From: a virus
DNA length: 64,000 nucleotides
Virus record (IMG/VR): IMGVR_UViG_3300031552_000001
Span: 96,001-160,000 of that record
Strand: one strand, 5' to 3'
How positions within the stretch are numbered: position 1 is the stretch's first letter; the number at the start of each line of letters is the position of its first letter. Below the pieces are notes generated by a model that was given only the letters and a program-made list of their open reading frames with translations, searched no databases and was not told the DNA's origin. Shown here in pieces: positions 57,079 through 64,000 of this stretch. Both the position numbers and the translations under genes were made by a program.

Positions 57079-60000
57079 CTATTGAGCTACCACAGGATTA
57101 GCTTCTTTGACGTCCTGTGCAGCCTTTCCTAAATCGTCTCCCAAAACCTTTCCTACAGCCGTGACAAATCGTTCATTGGCTGCGATATATTTCATTTGCG
57201 ACTCTTCGGCAGCCGTGCGTTGTGCGCCTGCTCCTTGCCCCAATGCCCCCGGAGCCGCTTTAGCTAAAAGCTCTTTTAGTTCCTTAATTTCTCCCCCTGA
57301 TATCTTACCGCCGCTTTTTAGCATCTCATCTACCCTAGCGGCGATTTCTGGGCTTTGAAATAAGTCCACTCCGCTGCTACCTACCAACCTATTCTTAAAC
57401 TTCTCTAGGGCCCTCTCGTCCATTTCTCCCATGTTACCTATTGCTGCTAATCTACCGAGTTGCTGCCCAACCATTCCGCCTCTTCCATACAGCAACAAAT
57501 CTATTTCTTTTCTTCCCATTTTTTGGGAGCTTGCAATTTCACCTAACGCCTGTTCACCGGCAGTAATATCCCCCGCAGCGAAGCTACGTCTTGCACCCTC
57601 CAACCTACTAGTGATCCCCGCTCTTACGCCACTTATTCCCTTAAGAGGGCCTTGAGACCCAGCAATAGACTGCATTCTAGAGCGGCGCTCGTCTTCGTAC
57701 TGCTTCCGCTGAACTGCGGACACGTTACCCATGCTTTGGAGAAATTGCTTTTGCTCTTCTGGAGAGGAAGATTTAAGAAAGGCAGCTATCTTCTCCGCAG
57801 CAACATCGCCGCTACTCACAGCGGCGGCAAACGGGTTGTTAGGGTTGTCCGGAGCTTCCCCGTTAAGGATTTTTGCATACTCTTCGATGTCCTTTGCCAA
57901 AAACTTGTCCGAACTCATTGCCGCTTGAACATCAGATTCATTTATTCCTCGAGACCCTAGATATCTGGCGGCCTCTCCCACCGCGCCGATTAGGGTCCCT
58001 GGAAGAGTGCCAATTCCTCCTGCCAATAGTCCAGAACCACCTCCAGCAACGGCGCCCTTCCCTACCGCCTTTAAGAACCCACCAAACCCAAAGCCACCAG
58101 CGGCTTCAGTCATAGCTTCAATATTATCTTGCCGAAATTCCTCTATCTCCTTCGGGGTGGTGGGGATTTGTATGTCCCTAGCCATCTTTCCGAAGTCCAT
58201 AGCGTGTTTGGCATTTTCGTAACCGAGCTCCTTTTGTCCGGCGGCAATAACGTCTAGTTCCGCTTCCGCAGAGTCCACACCGCCAGGGGAAGCTTCCTCA
58301 AGAAGTCTCATGGCTTTAGCCGCTTCAGGGTCCTGCTTCAACAGCCTGGCTATGGCTTGCCGGTGCTTAACTGGGTCTTTTTTAAGCTTCTCCAGCATCG
58401 CCGAATTTCTGGGTGAGTTGTAAATAGCCCTCATTCTAGCGCTGACTGTATTTAGCGCAGCTCTCTTACCTTCCGTCTCACCGCCAAAAAGGTCCCCCAA
58501 CGAGGCGTTGGTTGCTCTAGTATAGGATCGACGAGCCACCCTTTCCGCATTCTCTAAATTAGCGACGAGCCCTCCTCCTACTGCTACATCACCTACTCCG
58601 GCTTCTCCTGTTCTAGTCTCCATGCCGGCAGCCATCAGCGCCCTAGTTTGGGGAGTCAAAGAACTTCCACCAAATGGGCCGACCCCCAACAAGGCGGATG
58701 CCCCTCCTATTACCGACCCGGCTACCATTCCGGGCACCATTCCAAGTGAGCCCGCTGCGGTTCCTGCCGCCACTCCCCCCATAAACCTAGAGCCAAACCC
58801 CTCCTCCCCAATTCTACCTATAGCTCCGCTAAACATATCCCCTTGCGCAAAAGACTGGCCTACGTTACGAATACCCATGGACTCCCAAGAGGCCGTACTG
58901 CCGCCCCCAGATCCCGCTATCATAAATCTCTGGTTCATCGTCATTCTAGGGATAGCCTTTGTTCTACCCATTATATTGTTAACGGCTCTATCTGTAGCGT
59001 CGCTTAACTGTGCGGCTATGCCCTCTCCGAGCTCGGATAAGGGACGAGTAATCCCTTCCCGATAGGCGTGCTTAACTGCATCTCCTAGCCCCGCCAAACT
59101 TCTGTTTCTTCTCTCGTCGAGACGCCTAAAGGAGTCATCCAAAGCGGCAGCATTTGTTCTATCTTGTTCTGCCTGGATTCTAGGCAGGTCCTTAATCAGT
59201 TTCTGAACCATATCAGCCTGGCGCTGATTGGACCCAGTAATGAGCTGAATGAACCTATTCTGAACGGGATCAGAAGCCCCGGCATAACCGGCTTTAACCA
59301 TAGCCTGCTGTATTCCCTGGGCCATACCAGCAATGCCGCCTTGCTGAGCCATAGACTGGCCTAATTGGTCTGCGCGATTAAAGAAGGAAACAGCTAGGGA
59401 TTTGTTGCCTTGGATTCTTCCTTTTCCTCTTCTCTGCAACTCCTCAACACCAATTTCACCCCTTTGGAATCGAGCTAAAAGCTCCTCATCCATTTGGCCG
59501 GTGAATTCACCCCCTTTAATTTCCCCCAGTCCGGCCATCATTAAACGGCCCATGCCCGTTTGGCCAAAGCCAGACATTACCTGCTGAAGCCCCCCCGCAA
59601 GCATTCGTTGCCCCTCAGCGCCCCCTACACCTCCTGTGAAGTTACGTATATCCTCTTGAGAAAACACCCCAGCTCTAGTTGCCGCAGATACTTGCCCAAA
59701 AAGTTCTTGCCCAAGCCGCGCGCCAGAGGCTAACCGCCCTCCCATCTGATACGACATCTGAGCGCCTTGCTGCATTGCGCCCACCATAGCTCTAGCCCCT
59801 CCAGGCCCAGCCGCTTTTGTCGCGGCAGCAGTCCCTAAAACATCCTGCGCCGTCCACATCCCCATTTGTTGAAGCTGATTAACTAAAGGAAGGGCTTCTT
59901 CAAGAGTGGTGCCTAAAACCTCTGCCATAGTTCTTGTTTGACGAACTATATTCTTGAATCGAGTCTTGAATTGATTAGCATCCCCTACCCCCTGCAACAT

Positions 60001-60759
60001 TCCCATAGACCCGGCTCGGTCCATAAGAGTGCGCATCTCTTTCATGCTAGTCATAACGTCTTCTGACGCTAATTCATGCATAAAAGAGGTTATGTTCTTG
60101 ACCATACCCGCGGCGGGTTTGCCACCTAAACCAGCTCCTGGTTGTCCAAACTGGGGCTCGAAATACTGAGAAGACATACGACGAACATCCTGAAAATTCT
60201 GCACGCCTTCATATATATTCTCCCCAACTTGCCCTATTGCCTTACCTGCTAGATAATAGGGAACAGCTGCCGTTGCGGCACCGGCTATGCCGCCCCCAAG
60301 AGCTCCCAAACCTGCTCTAAGGCCGCCACTAGAAAACGCCCCAGCAATATTGCCAGCCGCGTACCTCAAACCCATCCCCTCGGCGCCCCCCATAACGCCC
60401 GCTCTCATGCCCAAAGTCCCCCCTGTGCCCGCACCAAAAGCCCTACTCACTCCCGTAAAAGGGTCGAGTAATCCTAGAGGGTTTCGGTACCCTAGAAGGC
60501 TCGCTGCCATGGTACCGCCAGCCGCGATACCCGGAATGGCCATTGCAGCCCCTCCAGCTAAACTGGTCCCCAAATCTGGAGCAGAGGGGTCCATATGCAT
60601 ACCGTAAGAAGGAGCCGGAACAGGATAGGGATTAGACATCGAGGAAGACGCGCCGCCTCCTCCCAGCACTCCTACTTGATGGGCAAATGAAATCTGGTTG
60701 GAGAACATTACTTGCTGTCCTCCAACTAGTCCTGAAATCTGAGTACTTGATAACGCCAT
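57079..60759 (-). CDS. tape measure protein
   Basis: 1226 aa, Gly/Ala/Met/Gln-rich helical with hydrophobic Gly-rich stretches; heads the tail operon. Confidence 0.75.
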   Translation of the reverse strand: MALSSTQISGLVGGQQVMFSNQISFAHQVGVLGGGGASSSMSNPYPVPAPSYGMHMDPSAPDLGTSLAGGAAMAIPGIAAGGTMAASLLGYRNPLGLLDPFTGVSRAFGAGTGGTLGMRAGVMGGAEGMGLRYAAGNIAGAFSSGGLRAGLGALGGGIAGAATAAVPYYLAGKAIGQVGENIYEGVQNFQDVRRMSSQYFEPQFGQPGAGLGGKPAAGMVKNITSFMHELASEDVMTSMKEMRTLMDRAGSMGMLQGVGDANQFKTRFKNIVRQTRTMAEVLGTTLEEALPLVNQLQQMGMWTAQDVLGTAAATKAAGPGGARAMVGAMQQGAQMSYQMGGRLASGARLGQELFGQVSAATRAGVFSQEDIRNFTGGVGGAEGQRMLAGGLQQVMSGFGQTGMGRLMMAGLGEIKGGEFTGQMDEELLARFQRGEIGVEELQRRGKGRIQGNKSLAVSFFNRADQLGQSMAQQGGIAGMAQGIQQAMVKAGYAGASDPVQNRFIQLITGSNQRQADMVQKLIKDLPRIQAEQDRTNAAALDDSFRRLDERRNRSLAGLGDAVKHAYREGITRPLSELGEGIAAQLSDATDRAVNNIMGRTKAIPRMTMNQRFMIAGSGGGSTASWESMGIRNVGQSFAQGDMFSGAIGRIGEEGFGSRFMGGVAAGTAAGSLGMVPGMVAGSVIGGASALLGVGPFGGSSLTPQTRALMAAGMETRTGEAGVGDVAVGGGLVANLENAERVARRSYTRATNASLGDLFGGETEGKRAALNTVSARMRAIYNSPRNSAMLEKLKKDPVKHRQAIARLLKQDPEAAKAMRLLEEASPGGVDSAEAELDVIAAGQKELGYENAKHAMDFGKMARDIQIPTTPKEIEEFRQDNIEAMTEAAGGFGFGGFLKAVGKGAVAGGGSGLLAGGIGTLPGTLIGAVGEAARYLGSRGINESDVQAAMSSDKFLAKDIEEYAKILNGEAPDNPNNPFAAAVSSGDVAAEKIAAFLKSSSPEEQKQFLQSMGNVSAVQRKQYEDERRSRMQSIAGSQGPLKGISGVRAGITSRLEGARRSFAAGDITAGEQALGEIASSQKMGRKEIDLLLYGRGGMVGQQLGRLAAIGNMGEMDERALEKFKNRLVGSSGVDLFQSPEIAARVDEMLKSGGKISGGEIKELKELLAKAAPGALGQGAGAQRTAAEESQMKYIAANERFVTAVGKVLGDDLGKAAQDVKEANPVVAQ

Positions 60760-60816
60760 TTGGGGTTAAGCTACCACTGATAGACACCCAAGAACACACC
60801 TTAGATGTCTGTTTCT

Positions 60817-60852
60817 AACCTAAAAATTGCACACCCATACTGGAATAAGAAA
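60817..60852 (+). promoter_or_regulatory. putative phage promoter, copy C (AACCT-N23-ATAAGAAA)
   Basis: Ungapped match to 21487-21522. Confidence 0.5.
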
Positions 60853-60902
60853 TATGAACAGAAGGCAATTATTGTCCTTCTACAACCTACCTGGAGTTTA
60901 AA

Positions 60903-61739
60903 ATGTCAGTCCGCAACCTTGAGATCCTTGCAAGCAATTACGCCTTTTCATTTCCAACAAAAATGCTCACAGCTATCAAAGAAAACGCAGTGTCGGGCCA
61001 AACAATAAACTATCGCACAACATTAGGCGGCAGAGCTGACATAGAGCAGAAGCGCCTAAGCTCTGTTCTAAATATGCGCCCGGTACCTGGAGTCATAGGT
61101 ATTTCTGTCCGGCCAGACCCAGAGTTTGTTGAAATGTACCGGCAAGCAGGAATATCTCTTGTCATCATCGACGAAGAGGCAGAAGGGGCGTCCACTATCG
61201 CAGTCGATAACTACAAGGGCGGGGTATTGGCCGCAAGAAGATTTCTTGAATCTGGAAAGAAAATCCCAGGCATCGTTTGCGGAAGAACAGAAGTCAAAGG
61301 TGGGATCAACGCAGTACAAAGACTACAAGGGTTCCAAGACACTCTGGAAAGCGCTGGAAGAGAGAAAGTTCTTTCTCAAAACATCAAACAAGTCCTAGAT
61401 TACTCTTACCAGGATGGGATCGATTCCATGCAGGAATTCTTCCGTCAACAAAACCCACCTGACTTCATATTCTCCGCAGCAGGCGACGATTGCGCCGTCG
61501 GAATATTGAGAGCCTCTGTGAATTTTGGACTTAGTGTTCCAAAGGACCTCTCGGTCATGGGCTTCGATGATCTGGAAATGGCAAAAATGACTACTCCCAC
61601 ATTAACGACGATACGGCAGCCTATAAAAGAAATTGCTGCAAGAGCGTATGGCATAGCGTCTACTATGGGGAATAGGTACATAGACAGCCCAGAACAGATA
61701 GTACTGGAACCAACTCTTGTAGAAAGAGACTCGGCGTAA
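60903..61739 (+). CDS. LacI/GalR-family ligand-binding domain lacking the HTH
   Basis: VDNYKGG, GLSVPKDLSVMGFDD, PTLTTIRQPIKE, PTLVERDS; in-frame TGA at 60855 excludes an upstream HTH. Confidence 0.9.
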   Translation: MSVRNLEILASNYAFSFPTKMLTAIKENAVSGQTINYRTTLGGRADIEQKRLSSVLNMRPVPGVIGISVRPDPEFVEMYRQAGISLVIIDEEAEGASTIAVDNYKGGVLAARRFLESGKKIPGIVCGRTEVKGGINAVQRLQGFQDTLESAGREKVLSQNIKQVLDYSYQDGIDSMQEFFRQQNPPDFIFSAAGDDCAVGILRASVNFGLSVPKDLSVMGFDDLEMAKMTTPTLTTIRQPIKEIAARAYGIASTMGNRYIDSPEQIVLEPTLVERDSA

Positions 61740-61750
61740 CCCAAAACAAC

Positions 61751-61781
61751 AAAGGCCTCCTAACGGGAGGCCTTTTTAGCT
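61751..61781 (+). terminator. intrinsic terminator
   Basis: AAAGGCCTCC-TAACG-GGAGGCCTTT then TTAGCT. Confidence 0.85.
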
Positions 61782-61783
61782 GT

Positions 61784-61810
61784 AAAAATAAGCCAGCATA
61801 TGGGTATAAG
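61784..61810 (+). promoter_or_regulatory. putative phage promoter, copy D (AAAAAT-N11-TGGGTATAAG)
   Basis: Same 10-mer and A-tract spacing as copy A. Confidence 0.5.
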
Positions 61811-61813
61811 ACG

Positions 61814-61920
61814 AATGTTGGAACTACGAACGTGGAGCGCGACCTTGATGGTACGCAGCAAGACCGTCGTAGTGTCTGGTGGCGACATAAAGAGGCCTCA
61901 GCTACCGGACTCCAACAATT
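61814..61920 (+). ncRNA. candidate structured ncRNA (three-way junction)
   Basis: P1 61816-22/61911-17, P2 61823-29/61867-73, P3 61874-83/61901-10; two G-U pairs favour the plus strand; begins just after promoter D. Confidence 0.5.
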
Positions 61921-62218
61921 ACCCTCGCCCCAAGAATCCGTGCTTCTTTTTTATCTCCTCTTGCTGCTGTTGATTTGCGTCAGCTCCTTCTGTAACAGCT
62001 TCGACTTCTGTCTTATCTTCAGTCTTACAAAGTATGCGAGCGTAGTACCCCCTGACCGCATTCCTACATCGTCTACACAGATCTCCAAACGACGTCTTCT
62101 CGTTTGAGAATGTAGCCTCAAATTCTGGGCCTGCGGGAGAAGGCAACTCAGATACGTTTTGGTTCTCTTTTCTCCCGCACCTATCGCACACTACTTCAAC
62201 TACATCTCTTCTGGCCAT
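61919..62218 (-). CDS. small CxxC protein (MARR..VCDRC...DLCRRC)
   Basis: AGGAG SD before ATG 62218; two CxxC pairs. Confidence 0.7.
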   Translation of the reverse strand: MARRDVVEVVCDRCGRKENQNVSELPSPAGPEFEATFSNEKTSFGDLCRRCRNAVRGYYARILCKTEDKTEVEAVTEGADANQQQQEEIKKKHGFLGRG

Positions 62219-62268
62219 TTTAGCTCCTCTTATATAAGTTACAGACCTTTTGGTTCTCATGCCTCTGA

Positions 62269-62511
62269 TTATGTATTTTGTGGGTATGTGATGTGGCCGC
62301 GCAATTTCTGATATATGTATCCTTCCACAGCCAGCCTTTCAATCTTCACCAAACCATCCGAGTAGTCAGGATGAAGAACCATACTAGCCTCGAAAGCTTC
62401 TACCTCTTTTCGGCATAAGACTCGCAGAGGAAGAGCATTACCCCTATCAGACTCTTTCTTAGCTTCAGTCAGCTCTGACTCTGAAAAAGGAAATTCTAGT
62501 TCAAGCTTCAT
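62269..62511 (-). CDS. hypothetical protein
   Basis: AAAAGGAG SD; 80 aa. Confidence 0.7.
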   Translation of the reverse strand: MKLELEFPFSESELTEAKKESDRGNALPLRVLCRKEVEAFEASMVLHPDYSDGLVKIERLAVEGYIYQKLRGHITYPQNT

Positions 62512-62590
62512 ACGGGCTCCTTTTAGCTAGTTTCCATAAGATCGCTAGCCTATACATATTTTCTATGTTGGACATATTCAAGGAGGAATT

Positions 62591-62923
62591 ATGGGTTACC
62601 CAATAGCTCATCTGCCTTATCAGCGTACAGAAAAAGCAAAAAATGTTGTTTCAATTACAGTACCAAGAACCTGTTGGAAGCCGTGCGGGCCCGATGACGA
62701 CATTACAGCATGCTTGACGTGCTGCCTCACGATAAACGGTACAAACTACCATTTAACGGCGTATGCCGTAATGACTAATTCAGAGCTAGGACAAACTGCT
62801 GTTCACGCTCAATTTAACGACGAAGTAGACAAAATATACGAGTTAGGAAGACCAGTCGGGCCCTTCTGCACAACAGAAATTGACGGGCGAGACTACCTCC
62901 TAACTATAATCCCATACTGCTAA
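62591..62923 (+). CDS. hypothetical protein
   Basis: AAGGAGG SD; 110 aa. Confidence 0.7.
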   Translation: MGYPIAHLPYQRTEKAKNVVSITVPRTCWKPCGPDDDITACLTCCLTINGTNYHLTAYAVMTNSELGQTAVHAQFNDEVDKIYELGRPVGPFCTTEIDGRDYLLTIIPYC

Positions 62924-62928
62924 GGAGC

Positions 62929-63297
62929 GTGTTTATGGTATGCCAACGATGCGGGTATTGTTGCATTATGTGTTTTGTACCTATCGTAGTAGACGGAAGG
63001 GTAAAGAAAAAACCCCTCGGAGTTAAGTGCCCTCACCTTACAATAGAGCCTGACGGTACCGCAAGCTGCGCTGTTCATAACGAACCTTGGTATAAAGAAA
63101 CCCCTTGCTTCTCCCACGGTAACCCGGACCTAGACCCGGATTTTGCTGCAAACCCCTCCAAGCCGTGCGCAATAGGAGTAATTCGCCGGAGTCACAAGCT
63201 GAATGTTTTACACGACGTTGTTGCTGATGTAGAGCTGGAAGACTTAGGCCCTTACCCAGTAGAAGAAGAAGACGACGTAAAAGAAAACCTTTCATAG
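62929..63297 (+). CDS. YkgJ-like cysteine-cluster (Zn/Fe-S) protein
   Basis: CQRCGYCC...CPHL...CAVH...C; AAGGAG SD. Confidence 0.7.
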   Translation: MFMVCQRCGYCCIMCFVPIVVDGRVKKKPLGVKCPHLTIEPDGTASCAVHNEPWYKETPCFSHGNPDLDPDFAANPSKPCAIGVIRRSHKLNVLHDVVADVELEDLGPYPVEEEDDVKENLS

Positions 63298-63331
63298 CAA
63301 AGCGCGTGCTCTGCTCTAACCAGGGACAGTT

Positions 63332-64000
63332 ATGAGAAGATTCTTACAGCATCAAGGAAGAACAAGTGCACCTCAGTTATGGGAAATAGAAGTATTCGGC
63401 AACGCCGTAACACTAACATGGGGCCAACTTGGCGGCGCTATGCAACACACCACTCAAACCTTCAGTGGCGTAAATATAGGTAAAGCCAATGAAAAGACTC
63501 CTATACAGGTAGCACAAGAGTGGGCCGATAGACAAATACTTCTACGTACCAGAAAAGGGTACGTAGAAGTCGACCTTGAGACAAATAACCCAATAGAGGA
63601 GGCAGCCTCCTCTGAAATAGACTGGGAGAAGGAGCTGCCTCAGAATCTTCGGTTCTTCAAACCACAAAATAGTCTTAATGCCTACTGCACGAAACTTCTA
63701 CAAGAAAAGAAAGCTACACTCCTGCGAAAAAGAGACGGGATGATGCACATCCTCTTAGTAAAAGAGGACGGAGATGTGGCCGTATACTCATCTACGCTTC
63801 AGGCGTGCCATAAAGACGAGCCTGAAATTCCGTGGGCCAGAAGATACCCTCATCTAGTAAAAGAGGTACGAGATTTAAATTTACCGGGCGGGACTGTGTT
63901 GTTGGGGGAGTTATGTACTGCCGCATGTCACGGGCACAAGGACACATTCGGCATGCCCGTAGACGATTACAATTACGTAAGCACCATCACGAAATCCCTG
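63332..64000 (+). CDS. WGR-domain ATP-dependent DNA ligase, partial
   Basis: Manual translation: LWEIEV...VTLTWGQLGG (WGR-like), RKGY, motif I LRKRDG, motif III VLLGEL; open to the window end. Confidence 0.75.
   Translation, partial: MRRFLQHQGRTSAPQLWEIEVFGNAVTLTWGQLGGAMQHTTQTFSGVNIGKANEKTPIQVAQEWADRQILLRTRKGYVEVDLETNNPIEEAASSEIDWEKELPQNLRFFKPQNSLNAYCTKLLQEKKATLLRKRDGMMHILLVKEDGDVAVYSSTLQACHKDEPEIPWARRYPHLVKEVRDLNLPGGTVLLGELCTAACHGHKDTFGMPVDDYNYVSTITKSL

Noticed and set aside
57080-57095. GTGGTAGCT match to the motif upstream of the tape measure gene
   Set aside because: Falls within the codons for the last residues (VVAQ) of the tape measure; probably coincidence.
23748-60607. Numerous plus-strand 60-150 aa track ORFs within the virion block (e.g. 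25768-26229, 36386-36805, 55741-56175, 58622-59065)
   Set aside because: Antisense shadows of long minus-strand genes with no recognisable motifs. Only 35095-35475 fills a real gap.
61814-61920. tRNA or hammerhead interpretation of the structured region
   Set aside because: No D/anticodon/T arms, TTCRA or CCA, and no CUGANGA/GAAA core. Kept only as an unclassified ncRNA candidate.

Overview
The window is a 64-kb segment of a large tailed dsDNA phage. Baseplate J-like, gp25-like wedge and tape-measure genes point to a contractile tail. Portal, terminase, capsid and sheath genes are not recognisable here. Layout: (i) a partial minus-strand gene at the left edge; (ii) a plus-strand replication/recombination operon at 788-19998 (SF2 helicase with intein, family-4 UDG, DnaB-like helicase, primase, Zn-rich SSB candidate, family-A polymerase, HU, RecA-like, Hjc-like, Cas4-like, RusA-like); (iii) a minus-strand virion/lysis block at 20035-60759 that includes a phage sigma-70 factor and is interrupted by two plus-strand genes; (iv) a right-hand accessory region with an HTH-less LacI-type domain, small genes and a partial WGR-ATP-dependent ligase. 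Best leads: (1) a 317-aa intein in the helicase DExH motif whose DUF559/Vsr-like endonuclease is encoded in an overlapping +1 frame with its own SD-like sequence; (2) a roughly 105-nt perfect three-way-junction RNA candidate (61814-61920) directly behind a phage promoter motif; (3) a shared promoter motif (4 copies) and a hairpin-TTTTAGCT terminator motif (3 copies) framing moron-like cassettes; (4) an N-terminal F-x-DE[LI]-x-K-x-[AS] motif in four clustered small genes and possibly the sigma factor. All calls come from reading motifs by eye; no searches were run.
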